Source of the DNA: an uncultured Bdellovibrio sp.
GTDB taxonomy: Bacteria; Bdellovibrionota; Bdellovibrionia; Bdellovibrionales; Bdellovibrionaceae
NCBI GenBank assembly: GCA_963932905.1
Contig: CAWVRN010000002.1
Location: 192,001 to 256,000 of the forward strand
Direction of reading: 5' to 3'
DNA: 64,000 bases
This document shows positions 48,675 to 58,702 of this stretch, one piece after another; positions within the stretch are counted from its first letter, which is position 1; every line of letters begins with the position of its first letter. The notes beneath the pieces are model-generated. The model searched no databases. It worked only from the letters and a program-made list of their open reading frames with translations, and was not told the origin of the DNA. Position numbers and translations under genes: made by a program.

Positions 48675-49406
48675 TTGTACGCGAAGATAGTTACTGCCAT
48701 TTTTTTTTCCACATTGTTTTGCCAAGCGCGCGTACTTAATTTAAGTGACGAAAAATTCTCTAGTTATTTTGCCCTTGAAGGCGGAAGTTCGCTTCTAAGT
48801 ACGAATCCGTTCGATCAAAATATAGCGAGTGTTGACTCTTATTCAGATGAATACAAAATGGGCCTAGGGGGTGAGTTTGGATTCGTCTATTCCTCACCTT
48901 ATGTGGGTTGGCGTTTTTCATTTGAGATTCTTAAACCATCTAAATTAAAGGAAGTCCAAGCTTTAGCAGGCTCGACAGCTCAACACATTGTGGATTCTGA
49001 TATTACCGCTGTGGCGCCTAAACTAGGATTGGAAATCCATTTAAACAAGAATCCTAATCATCGTTTTTATTTCTTTGGCTATTACGGATCATCAAATCTC
49101 ACGATGACTCACGTGTATTCGGGCGTTTCTTCACCTTATGTAGACCACACCGTCGAAGCCAAAGGTAGCGCAGCCGAAATGGGTGGGGGGCTTGGTTTTG
49201 AAATGAGTTTTGTGGATACCACTTCGATTACGTTTGAAGTGGGATACCGCAGCTTAACATTCAAAGAAATTAAGTATTCAAAAGACGTTACGACTTTCCA
49301 AGGTGCTAAAACGGTCGGCGAGGCTTTGACGAATTTAAATGGCGACAATCGCAGTTTAAATTTTTCGGGTGTCACGGGATCTATCGGTTTTCGCTTTTGG
49401 CTCTAG
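48675..49406 (+). CDS. Outer-membrane beta-barrel protein
   Basis: Signal peptide; GGGLGFE, FEVGYR; C-terminal SIGFRFWL. Confidence 0.75.
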   Translation: MYAKIVTAIFFSTLFCQARVLNLSDEKFSSYFALEGGSSLLSTNPFDQNIASVDSYSDEYKMGLGGEFGFVYSSPYVGWRFSFEILKPSKLKEVQALAGSTAQHIVDSDITAVAPKLGLEIHLNKNPNHRFYFFGYYGSSNLTMTHVYSGVSSPYVDHTVEAKGSAAEMGGGLGFEMSFVDTTSITFEVGYRSLTFKEIKYSKDVTTFQGAKTVGEALTNLNGDNRSLNFSGVTGSIGFRFWL

Positions 49407-51172
49407 TAGAGACGGCTAATCACGTCTTTATATTTTTGATCTAATAATTTTCGCTTCACTTTTAATGAATGTGTTAATAAACCATTTTCAACCGTGAATT
49501 CATCAGCGATCACTTGATATTTTTTGATAGACTCGTGATTCGCCAATTCTGAATTCACTTTCATTATATGACGACGAATTTCATCCGCAAATTTTGAGCT
49601 ATTAATAATTTTGCTTATGTCCGACGAATCCAGATCATTAGTTTCAGCCCATTTTTTCGTTTGTTGGTGGTCTAAGCTTAACAGTGCAATGATATATTTC
49701 TTTTGATCACCATGGATCAGAACATTGGCAATCAGCGGATTTAGTTTTAACAAACCTTCTAATTTTTGAGGTGCTACATATTTTCCATTGGCTGTTTTAA
49801 TCAAATCTTTCTTGCGGTCAGTGATACGTAAATGGCCTGATGGCGTTAGTTCACCAATATCGCCTGTCTTGAACCATCCATCTTCAAAGGCCGCTGCTGT
49901 TGCTTGTGAGTCTTTGTAGTATTCGATTGCGACCTTATTGCTTTTCAGTAGGATCTCGCCATCTTCGGCAAACTTCAATTTTACGTCACCAATAGGGCGA
50001 CCGACGGTGCCGATTTGAAAATCATACGGTGTATTAACTGCGATCGCAGCGGTCGTTTCTGTCAATCCATAGCCCTCTAAAATTTTGACTCCGCAATGAG
50101 CAAAGAATTCAGCAATAACCGGATTCAAGGGAGCTCCGCCACTAACACAGAAACGAAGTTGGTTGCCAAACGCACGGCGCACTTTGTCTAAGATCAAAAT
50201 TTGAGCGACTTCAGCAAGGGCCCAGTCTTTCAACGGCACTAATTCAAACTTACGAGTTTTATCAAGTTTGTTTTTTGCTTGGTTCAGAGCCCAATCAAAA
50301 GCCGCTTGTTTAATTTTGTTGTTTTCAATGTTGGCAATAACAGCGATATAAACTTTTTCAAAAATTCTTGGAACCGCAAAAACAAATGTAGGATTGATCT
50401 CAACCAAGTTGTTTTTGATTTTTTCCATACTTTCGGCAAATGCCATTTCATAGCCAAAGTGAGTATGCGCCCAATTTTCAATACGCCCGAATACATGAGC
50501 GAACGGTAGAAAGGTTAAGGTCCTGTCAGCGGAGGTCGCTTGACAACTGTTAAATGCTTCCACAACTTCGCTGATTATTTGTCGATGCGTGAGTACAACA
50601 CCTTTTGGATTTCCTGTGGTTCCACTGGTGTATACAATAGATGCCATTGTATCAATTTTTATTGAGTTAATCGTCGATTGAATTGCCTTCGTATCCTCTA
50701 GAGTTGTTTTTCCGTCCAAAATTTTATCCCAACTGATGATCGGTGAATCAACAAGATCAAATTTATCAATGATTACGATCGTCTTTACAGACGGACACGA
50801 TTGACTGATTTTTTCCCATATGCGAACTTGAGTTTTGTTTTCAAAAAACAAAACTTCGATTTCTGCATGGTTAATTATATATGACATTTCTTCTGGAGTT
50901 ACGGCCGGGTAGATAGGGACAAGAACTCGTTTAGCACATTGAGCGGCTAGGTCTGTGACACTCCATTCATAACGTGTACTAGAAACTATACCGACTTTAG
51001 CGAGTTCTGCTTTTGTGTTTTTAAGCAAGAAATTACTGATTTTGAAAATGTCTTTTTGATATTCAGACCAAGATACTTTGGTCCACTCACCTTTAGCTTT
51101 TATTAAAAATGCATTTTTTTCAGATCGCAGATGAAAGTCGGCGACGGTATAGGGCAGTGGTTTGGCCGACAT
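49403..51172 (-). CDS. Long-chain fatty-acid--CoA ligase (AMP-binding)
   Basis: YTSGTTGNPKG, EGYGLTET, GWFKTGDIG, ITDRKKDLIKT. Confidence 0.93.
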   Translation of the reverse strand: MSAKPLPYTVADFHLRSEKNAFLIKAKGEWTKVSWSEYQKDIFKISNFLLKNTKAELAKVGIVSSTRYEWSVTDLAAQCAKRVLVPIYPAVTPEEMSYIINHAEIEVLFFENKTQVRIWEKISQSCPSVKTIVIIDKFDLVDSPIISWDKILDGKTTLEDTKAIQSTINSIKIDTMASIVYTSGTTGNPKGVVLTHRQIISEVVEAFNSCQATSADRTLTFLPFAHVFGRIENWAHTHFGYEMAFAESMEKIKNNLVEINPTFVFAVPRIFEKVYIAVIANIENNKIKQAAFDWALNQAKNKLDKTRKFELVPLKDWALAEVAQILILDKVRRAFGNQLRFCVSGGAPLNPVIAEFFAHCGVKILEGYGLTETTAAIAVNTPYDFQIGTVGRPIGDVKLKFAEDGEILLKSNKVAIEYYKDSQATAAAFEDGWFKTGDIGELTPSGHLRITDRKKDLIKTANGKYVAPQKLEGLLKLNPLIANVLIHGDQKKYIIALLSLDHQQTKKWAETNDLDSSDISKIINSSKFADEIRRHIMKVNSELANHESIKKYQVIADEFTVENGLLTHSLKVKRKLLDQKYKDVISRLY

Positions 51173-51174
51173 GT

Positions 51175-53178
51175 TTATTCAACTTTCTTAAGAACCATTT
51201 CCAGTGTGCGACGAGTGTTTTCTTGAACATTAACAACCTCACGCGCTTTCATTCCTAAAGAATTTGTTATCTCGACCACTAGATTTTGGTTGGCCGGGAC
51301 TTTGATTTCTTGTCTTAATTGGTAGGTACTTTTGTATTCATTGTTGATAACGATTTTATAGTCGCCCCCCGCGTAAAGGGCATCGATAATTAACCGAGCG
51401 TATTGCTCTTCTTGCAGATTTTCTTTGATAATCATGTTGTCTCCGTTGATTAAAACGGATCTTTCGACATCAAAGTACCCTTGCTTTCTAAATTTAATAC
51501 GAACATCGCCTTTAGATGCGATGTCTAGTTTCATCGGCGTACGACCTTGGAATACATTGTCTAGATAAATTTCTGCCTGTTTCGGTTCCGAATCGAAATG
51601 TACCGCGAATTTTCTAACCGTCGGAACTGCGACTGGTTTTGTAGTTTGGCCAATAGCCTCGCAAACGGATTTGTCGCCGTCTTTACATCTAGCAATACAC
51701 TCTTTCAGTTTTGGTTGTGATTTACACAACGCCACGGGAGACGGAGCCATATCGACTGGATTGTTTGATGAATTGTGACTCTCGCCCTTGTACGCAAACT
51801 GATACCAAGCTAATCCGCCAATAACCAAAGCGGCCATTAGAACTGGCATATAGAAACTAGATTCTTTTTTGGTTCTAGTTTTCTCGAAATTGTATCTAGT
51901 AGCGCGCGTTTTTGGCGAAGACGAGTGTGACAAAGATGTAATAGACGTTTTACCTTTATTTGGTTCCTCTTGACGGCTATCGCGTTTTTTCAATTTAACA
52001 TCAATGTTTTCATTGATATCTACATTCAATTGCAAGTTTTCAACGTTGTTTTCAGCCATACCTGAACTAGGCAAAATAGGGCTGCCCTCAGATTTTTTAG
52101 ATTGAGAGTCTTGATTAGAATTGCTGTTGCTACTGCTATTGTTTTGATTTTTGAATTTCTCATTTACACGGGTTACCGTGTTCGACTCAACACCATCATT
52201 AGGTTGTATATGCGAGAATTCTACTAGTTTCCCTTTTTGTTCAGAATAGGCATCAGCGAATGCGTGCTTGATGAAAACACTGAAATCTTGTGGAGAAAAC
52301 TCTGGATAATGTGTATTTAAAAATCTATTTAAGTCTCGGTGTAAAGCCGCAGAAGTTTGGTAACGAAGATTTTTATCTTTTGCTAGAGCTTTACTAACGA
52401 TTTTATCTAACTCTGGATGAATTGACGGATCGATCTTTCTTAACGACGGAATATTTGATTCGCGAATTTTTCTTAAGATAGCGGCTTCGGAACTGCCAGA
52501 GAATAGGCGATCTTTTGCAAGCAATTCCCAAAGAACAATCCCTAATGAGAAAACGTCTGTACGCAAATCAATGTTTTGGCCATCGGCTTGCTCAGGACTC
52601 ATGTAGCCAAATTTACCTTTTAAGGTTCCCGCTTTGGTGGCTTCTAGTTGTGTTTCTGCTTTAGCGATACCGAAATCGATGATCTTGATTTCACCTTCAA
52701 AGCTGACCATAACGTTTTGCGGGCTCATATCACGGTGAGTGATATTAAGCGGTTTACCAGTTGTGCCATCTAGGCAGCGATGTGCGTGATCTAATCCAGC
52801 GGAAACTTCCTTGATGATGTAAACGATTTGATCGATTTGGAAATGATTAGCTTTCTTTTTTAATTCGTTCAGAATTTGTCGTAGATTTCTACCTTCGACA
52901 TATTCCATAACCAGATAGAATTGATTTTTTTCGATACCAAATTCGTGGATGTGAACGACGTTACTGTGATTTAAATTCACGGCAATCTTCGCTTCTTCTT
53001 TGAACATCTCGATGAATTCTTCGTTATCAGAATATTGCGGAAGGATGCGCTTGATAGCCACAAACTTACTTACGCCATTGGCACCCGAGTTCTTTGCCAA
53101 ATAGACTTCGGCCATACCGCCGGAGGCAAGTTTCTCAAGGAGTACATATTTACCAAAACGTTCAAATGTGTGAGCCAT
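51175..53178 (-). CDS. Transmembrane Ser/Thr protein kinase with an extracytoplasmic PEGA domain
   Basis: GGMAEVY, AIK, HRDMSPQN, DFG, GYMSPEQ; TM helix; DSEPKQAEIYLD...GRTP...RKQGY (PEGA). Confidence 0.93.
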   Translation of the reverse strand: MAHTFERFGKYVLLEKLASGGMAEVYLAKNSGANGVSKFVAIKRILPQYSDNEEFIEMFKEEAKIAVNLNHSNVVHIHEFGIEKNQFYLVMEYVEGRNLRQILNELKKKANHFQIDQIVYIIKEVSAGLDHAHRCLDGTTGKPLNITHRDMSPQNVMVSFEGEIKIIDFGIAKAETQLEATKAGTLKGKFGYMSPEQADGQNIDLRTDVFSLGIVLWELLAKDRLFSGSSEAAILRKIRESNIPSLRKIDPSIHPELDKIVSKALAKDKNLRYQTSAALHRDLNRFLNTHYPEFSPQDFSVFIKHAFADAYSEQKGKLVEFSHIQPNDGVESNTVTRVNEKFKNQNNSSSNSNSNQDSQSKKSEGSPILPSSGMAENNVENLQLNVDINENIDVKLKKRDSRQEEPNKGKTSITSLSHSSSPKTRATRYNFEKTRTKKESSFYMPVLMAALVIGGLAWYQFAYKGESHNSSNNPVDMAPSPVALCKSQPKLKECIARCKDGDKSVCEAIGQTTKPVAVPTVRKFAVHFDSEPKQAEIYLDNVFQGRTPMKLDIASKGDVRIKFRKQGYFDVERSVLINGDNMIIKENLQEEQYARLIIDALYAGGDYKIVINNEYKSTYQLRQEIKVPANQNLVVEITNSLGMKAREVVNVQENTRRTLEMVLKKVE

Positions 53179-53201
53179 TTAATCCCTTCTACTGCATTTA
53201 A

Positions 53202-53228
53202 CTATCGGTTTTTCTATAGTTACCTTAA
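53202..53228 (-). promoter_or_regulatory. Putative sigma28-type promoter of the kinase-acyl-CoA ligase operon
   Basis: TTAA-N15-ACCGATAG upstream of SD gaaggga and the ATG at 53178. Confidence 0.55.
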
Positions 53229-53344
53229 GAAAAGAATGTCTTTTTTAGCCTTGACCATAGTCCAAAAAAAATCGCTTTGACCTAAATAATTACAGGACAG
53301 ACGGGTTATTGATGTCTCATACTGAGATTAGAGTAGGAGGTTTA

Positions 53345-53953
53345 GTGCTTTGGGTTGGGATCACTGGTTCCATCGGGACTGGGAAGTCTACATTTTCAAA
53401 CTTGTTGCGAAAAAAAGGACACTTTGTCTTAGATGCTGATGTCTTGGCAAAGCAGAATTTGGAAAAAACAAGCCCCGCATTTGCCAAAATCGTCGCCGAG
53501 TTCGGTCGATCTATCCTGGATGCGAATGGAAATATAGATCGTGGAATTTTGGCAAAGATCGTTTTTTCCGATCGTCAAAAGCTGGAAAAATTAGAATCTA
53601 TTAGTCACCCGGAAGTTCAATTGGTTGTAGAGAAATCTAAAGACGAACATAGAAAAAACAATAAGAAATATCTATTTTACGACGTGCCGTTGTTGTTCGA
53701 AAAGAACATGGAAAAATCGTTTGATTTAGTTGTCCTGGTTACCTGTACTGTCGAAAATCAGATAAAAAGAATTAAAGCCCGAAACAATTGGTCCGACGAA
53801 GAAATACAGAAGCGGTTAGCCGCGCAGCTACCTTTATCTGAGAAAGAATCTAAAGCTCATGTTTTGATTAGTAATAATGGCGATTTGTCGCAATTGTCTC
53901 TTGAAGTAGACCGCTTTATTGCTTGGTTAAAGTCAACTCAAAACCAAGATTGA
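53345..53953 (+). CDS. coaE: Dephospho-CoA kinase
   Basis: GITGSIGTGKST, DADVL, IDRG.LA..VF, HPEV, DVPLLFE; GTG start with SD aggagg. Confidence 0.95.
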   Translation: MLWVGITGSIGTGKSTFSNLLRKKGHFVLDADVLAKQNLEKTSPAFAKIVAEFGRSILDANGNIDRGILAKIVFSDRQKLEKLESISHPEVQLVVEKSKDEHRKNNKKYLFYDVPLLFEKNMEKSFDLVVLVTCTVENQIKRIKARNNWSDEEIQKRLAAQLPLSEKESKAHVLISNNGDLSQLSLEVDRFIAWLKSTQNQD

Positions 53954-54480
53954 AACGAAATCGAATACGCCAGGCCTTTTAATCCATAGTAAGCCTGCGC
54001 TTGAAAATAGGTCGCAAAGTCGATATAGAAATTGATTTTTGATTGATTGATATTCACCAAGTTAGAAACTCCGTCGCGCCCCCAGATGAACTGACTAAAA
54101 CCTATTCCGTAGTCGTTCCAAACCGGGTCCATCAGAAACAAACTGGAAAAATCAGATTGTAATTTTAGTTCGATACTTTCATTCGAAGCCAGTGATGCGC
54201 CCCAAACAAATGTGCGTTCAAATTCAAATTCACTACGTCGAGCAATACCAATTAGATAGTGCCAATCTGTTTCATGGTTGTCATTGAACGCACCACTCAG
54301 TCCACCAAACTGCAATCGAAAATTCTGGGGAGAGGTGGGGGGAAAAAAATCATCATTTTCATGTTTCAACACAGATTTGTCTTCGATGGGCGAGATAGTC
54401 GTTGGTGCTGATTGGGGAGCCGCATTAACACCGTTTAGCACGACGAAGGTCAAAAAAATGAAAATTATAAAACTACGCAT
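53938..54480 (-). CDS. Secreted/outer-membrane hypothetical protein
   Basis: Signal peptide; beta-rich; ends SFQSWF. Confidence 0.65.
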   Translation of the reverse strand: MRSFIIFIFLTFVVLNGVNAAPQSAPTTISPIEDKSVLKHENDDFFPPTSPQNFRLQFGGLSGAFNDNHETDWHYLIGIARRSEFEFERTFVWGASLASNESIELKLQSDFSSLFLMDPVWNDYGIGFSQFIWGRDGVSNLVNINQSKINFYIDFATYFQAQAYYGLKGLAYSISFQSWF

Positions 54481-54534
54481 ACTAAAAAGTATAAATTGTT
54501 TTTACAATTTTTGTGAAGTGCTTATGGAGGATAA

Positions 54535-55713
54535 ATGAAAAAGTTAATACCTTTCGTAGGGGTTTGCCTTTTTTGGGGCCAAATGAGTTTGGCAGCCTAT
54601 GATGGGGTTTCTTATCGAATTCATCAACAATACCAATCGCCACGTGCGTTAGGTATGGGGAATGCGTTCGTTGCAGTGGCAAATGATTATTCGGCATTGT
54701 TTTACAACCCCGCAGGTTTAGCATTTCGTGAAAGCCACGAGGTCAATCTATCTTTCGATTTAGGTGCTACTGATGCCTTTGGTACATTTAGCAAAGACAT
54801 CTCTGATGCCGCGGCAACCAAGGGCTCCGAAACTGACAAACAAAACGCAATATTTAATGCGATTCAAAAGCAGTATGGAAAATCGTTCGGTGGACGTGTG
54901 ACGGCCCCTAATGGAATATGGGTCGGACAAGGTTGGGGTATCGGTTTTATTCCGGCAGATCTATCTATCGAGTTAACGCCGAATCAACCCGTATCTATCA
55001 GCTCGACAATGTATCTAGATACGACTTTGGCGTTAGGCTATGCGGATACATTCAAAGAAGTCGAAAATGCCAAGGTCGCTTGGGGAATCACCGGAAAAGT
55101 CGTCAATCGCGGGTACTTTAGTAAATCAGTAGATGCAATTGAGTTAGCTGCTGATTCAAATGTCGTTAAGACATCGGATTTAAAAGAAGGATATTTTATT
55201 GATGCGGATATTGGATTTTTATATAAACCACATATTCCCGACGATGACAGTCTGTTTTCGTGGTTTCGTTTAGCTCGACCAACGTTTGGTGCCGTGATTA
55301 AAAACGTAGTGGATGCCCAATCAGTAGGAAGTTTAAAGTTATTCAACAAAGAAGCTAGTGCCGATTCAAAACCGGCCAAGCTAACACGTGTAATTGATAT
55401 TGGAACCCGCTGGGAATACCCAAGCGCTTGGATTTTTGGTGGGCGTGGAACTTTAGATGTCAAAAACATTTTGCACCCAGCATTTAACTTCCATAAAGGA
55501 TTAAGTTTAGGTTTTGAATTCGATTGGACAGTAACAAATTGGTGGAAGGGCAGCTATCGAGTCGGCTTAGGCCAAGGTTATCTATCTGCCGGGTTATCAG
55601 CGATGTTCACTTGGTTTAATCTAGATTTGGTAACCTATGGCGAAGATGTGGGTACTTACAACACACCTAAAGAAAATCGCCTTTTCCTGTCTAGATTCTC
55701 GATGAATTTTTAA
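54535..55713 (+). CDS. FadL/PorV/TraF-like outer-membrane beta-barrel
   Basis: SPRALGMGNAFVAVANDYSALFYNPAGLA hatch motif; terminal Phe. Confidence 0.8.
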   Translation: MKKLIPFVGVCLFWGQMSLAAYDGVSYRIHQQYQSPRALGMGNAFVAVANDYSALFYNPAGLAFRESHEVNLSFDLGATDAFGTFSKDISDAAATKGSETDKQNAIFNAIQKQYGKSFGGRVTAPNGIWVGQGWGIGFIPADLSIELTPNQPVSISSTMYLDTTLALGYADTFKEVENAKVAWGITGKVVNRGYFSKSVDAIELAADSNVVKTSDLKEGYFIDADIGFLYKPHIPDDDSLFSWFRLARPTFGAVIKNVVDAQSVGSLKLFNKEASADSKPAKLTRVIDIGTRWEYPSAWIFGGRGTLDVKNILHPAFNFHKGLSLGFEFDWTVTNWWKGSYRVGLGQGYLSAGLSAMFTWFNLDLVTYGEDVGTYNTPKENRLFLSRFSMNF

Positions 55714-56345
55714 GACTGAATGTTGTATTTCTTCGCCCTTTCCGAAAGGGCGCTCAGTTCTTTTACCAAATATTCGATTTGTTTAGGATCTGAATTTTGC
55801 CCCGAAGTCACTTGCGCTAACGATAGCGTCAGGGAATCTAGTTCATTAAGTGCTTTTTGATTTATAGAATACAGTTCTTCAAAATGAGCTAAATATTTTT
55901 GATGAATCTCTAGTTTGCTTTTTTCTGCGACCGTTAATGTATCAGAAGATTTCCTAGATAAGTCCTTTACACTGCCGACGTTGTTACCGATGAAAATTGT
56001 AACGTCTTTTAATTTTCGGAAATTTTCATATAGGCTCTGCTGAACTTGTTGTACGGGCTGAAGATAACGATCGTAGGTAATTTCGCTAGGGTTGAATTTT
56101 TGATTCAGTGTTTGTAAGTAAGAGTTATATTTGTTTTCGAGTTCATCAAACTGTTTTGAAATTTTCTCGCCATATTTTTCTGCGTTTTCTGTAAATTGAA
56201 GTTTGAACAGGTCTGATTTTAACACCTTTGTAGCGTCGTTAACGTTTTTGATTCCCGAGGCACTTGAATAGCCACGGCTCTTTTTGATCAAGGCCATGCT
56301 GACTAAAATTAACGCAGCTAAACCCAAAATTAAGAACCAAGTCAT
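55710..56345 (-). CDS. Membrane-anchored helical protein (possibly XpaC-like partner of TelA)
   Basis: N-terminal TM followed by coiled coil; divergent from the SPFH-telA operon. Confidence 0.6.
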   Translation of the reverse strand: MTWFLILGLAALILVSMALIKKSRGYSSASGIKNVNDATKVLKSDLFKLQFTENAEKYGEKISKQFDELENKYNSYLQTLNQKFNPSEITYDRYLQPVQQVQQSLYENFRKLKDVTIFIGNNVGSVKDLSRKSSDTLTVAEKSKLEIHQKYLAHFEELYSINQKALNELDSLTLSLAQVTSGQNSDPKQIEYLVKELSALSERAKKYNIQS

Positions 56346-56495
56346 AGAAGAATCTCCTTGATGAAAACTGGCTTCTATTAAAGCGGTTATTCAGCGTTTT
56401 GCAACAAGTTAAGCGTAAAGAGATGCTTTAAGAAGTTTATTGTCATTATTTTTAACTCCCTATATATTTTAGGGGCAACTCAAAGGGAGGCTGAT

Positions 56496-57470
56496 ATGGT
56501 TTTTGGTTTTTTTAAGAAGCAGATGCTTGATGTAATCGAATGGCCAGATGAAGCACCCGGAGTTTTAGCATACCGATATCCAATGCAAGATCGTGAAATT
56601 CAAAACGGTGCTCAATTGACGGTTCGTCAAACCCAGTTGGCGTTATTCGTAAACGAAGGGGTAGTTGCGGATTTATTTGGTCCTGGAATGCACACAGTGG
56701 AAACACGCAACTTACCAGTGCTTACTAATTTGCAAAACTGGGACAAGATGTTCCAATCGCCTTTTAAATCTGATTTGATTTTCTTTTCTACGAACGAACA
56801 AATCGATCAAAAGTGGGGAACGGCGTCGCCCATCACTGTGCGGGACAAAGATTTCGGTGTAGTTCGTATTCGTGCATTTGGTACATTCAGCTATCGCATT
56901 AAGAACCCAAAAGTGTTTTACCAAAAGCTCTCTGCCAACAAAGAAATTTTCATGGCGGGGGATCTAGAGGGCCAATTGAAATCAACAATCTTAACGTCGC
57001 TGGCGACCTACTTTGGGAAATCTCAAGTTTCTTTCTTGGATATGGCCGCTCACCAAGAAAACTTCTCGCAGACATTGAAAACAGAATTAGCTGATGATTT
57101 TGAAAATTATGGTTTAAGCTTGGAGTCTTTCTATGTGCAAAGTGTATCGTTACCTGAAGACGTTCAGGCACAAATCGACAAAATGGGTTCAATGAAAATT
57201 ACGGGCGATATGAAACAGTACACTCAGTTTCAAGCAGCCGATAGTTTGACTAAAGAAGGCAATGGTAGTTCGGCTGGTGTTGAGCTGGCGACGGCACTTG
57301 CATTAGGGCAAAATGTAGCTAAATCGATAGGCTCAGGTGAAGCCAGTGGACCGACGAATGATGATGTCTTAAAAACAATCGGTCAATTGCATGATTTAAA
57401 AACTAAAGGCGTAATTTCAGAATCTGAATTCGAAGCTAAAAAAGCAGAACTGTTAAAGCAAATCAAGTAA
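56496..57470 (+). CDS. SPFH/band-7 (YdjI-like) protein with C-terminal SHOCT domain
   Basis: DVIEW, GAQLTVRQTQLALFVNEG, RAFGTFSYRI; C-terminal LHDLKTKGVISESEFEAKKAELL. Confidence 0.88.
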   Translation: MVFGFFKKQMLDVIEWPDEAPGVLAYRYPMQDREIQNGAQLTVRQTQLALFVNEGVVADLFGPGMHTVETRNLPVLTNLQNWDKMFQSPFKSDLIFFSTNEQIDQKWGTASPITVRDKDFGVVRIRAFGTFSYRIKNPKVFYQKLSANKEIFMAGDLEGQLKSTILTSLATYFGKSQVSFLDMAAHQENFSQTLKTELADDFENYGLSLESFYVQSVSLPEDVQAQIDKMGSMKITGDMKQYTQFQAADSLTKEGNGSSAGVELATALALGQNVAKSIGSGEASGPTNDDVLKTIGQLHDLKTKGVISESEFEAKKAELLKQIK

Positions 57471-57481
57471 AAGGAGTTTTT

Positions 57482-58687
57482 GTGGACACTAAAACAGCAG
57501 ATAAAACACGCATTGATGATATTTTTTCTACGGAAACTATTAAAAAAGATTTAGCTTTGCCCGATGCAAATCAGCAACTTCAAGCAAGCCCTAATGTTCA
57601 AGCGAACTTGGAAAACAAAGCGACTGAATTCATCGACCGAATTATGAATTTAAATCCGCAAGACTACAAAGGTCGCGAAGACAACAAGGCGGCCGTTGAT
57701 ACATTTGGTTTAGATTTGCAGCGTGAGGCCGCTAAGAAAAGTGAATTATTAAAACAGCCAGTTAAAAAATTGTCAGATCGTTCGCAAGAAGGTGGTGAAG
57801 TTGCTAACTCGCTGATCAATTTGAAATTAAAAGTAGAAGAATTAGATCCAGCTAAGTTTAATTTTGAACCAGGATGGGTTTCAAGAACTCTTGGATTTCT
57901 TCCCGGAATCGGCGATCCACTAAAAAAATATTTTTCAAAATTTGAATCGGCTCAGGACGTAATTGCCGCTATCATCAAGTCACTTGAAAATGGTCGCGAT
58001 CAATTGCAGCGTGATAACATCACGTTGACGGAAGATCAAAAAAGTATGCGCGAGATCAGCGACAAGTTGACTCAAATGATCGCTTTATCACAAGTGATCG
58101 ATAACAAACTTCAATACAAATTAGAACGCGAAGTTGCGCCGGGATCTGATCAGCATAAATTTTTGAGCGAAGAGATTTTGTTCCCACTTCGTCAACGTAT
58201 CATCGATTTGCAGCAGCAGTTAGCAGTCAATCAACAGGGCGTGATAGCAACTGAAATCATCATGCGTAATAATAAAGAATTGGTGCGCGGGGTGAATCGC
58301 TCGTTAAATGTGACCGTCAGTGCTTTGCAAGTAGCAGCTACCGTTGCTATGGCATTAGCTAATCAAAAAATCGTGCTTGATAAAATCAACAGCGTTAACC
58401 AGACGACTAATGACCTTATCGCGGGAACCGCATCGCGTTTGAAAACTCAAGGTGTGGAAATCCAAAAGCAGGCCTCATCAGCAAGCCTAAACATGGATAC
58501 ATTAAAAGTGGCCTTTCAAGACTTGAAAACGGCGATGGATGATATTTCTACTTTCCGTCAGAAAGCCCTTCCTCAGATGGCTCAGGCTGTAATTGAAATG
58601 GAGAAATTGACTACGGAGGCGCAGGCGTCTATAGCAAAAATGGACAAAGGTAACCAAGCTAAACCGACACTAGCCATTGATACATAA
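57482..58687 (+). CDS. Toxic anion resistance protein, TelA/KlaA family
   Basis: LKLKVEELDP, KYFSKFESAQ, LQRDN, RQRIIDLQQQLAV, NNKELVRGVNR, ALANQKIVL. Confidence 0.88.
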   Translation: MDTKTADKTRIDDIFSTETIKKDLALPDANQQLQASPNVQANLENKATEFIDRIMNLNPQDYKGREDNKAAVDTFGLDLQREAAKKSELLKQPVKKLSDRSQEGGEVANSLINLKLKVEELDPAKFNFEPGWVSRTLGFLPGIGDPLKKYFSKFESAQDVIAAIIKSLENGRDQLQRDNITLTEDQKSMREISDKLTQMIALSQVIDNKLQYKLEREVAPGSDQHKFLSEEILFPLRQRIIDLQQQLAVNQQGVIATEIIMRNNKELVRGVNRSLNVTVSALQVAATVAMALANQKIVLDKINSVNQTTNDLIAGTASRLKTQGVEIQKQASSASLNMDTLKVAFQDLKTAMDDISTFRQKALPQMAQAVIEMEKLTTEAQASIAKMDKGNQAKPTLAIDT

Positions 58688-58702
58688 GGATTTGAGGTTT
58701 CA

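Noticed and set aside
54535..55713. Conjugation (TraF) or type IX secretion (PorV) system
   Set aside because: Only the generic FadL-like hatch motif is present; no other tra or T9SS genes are in the window.
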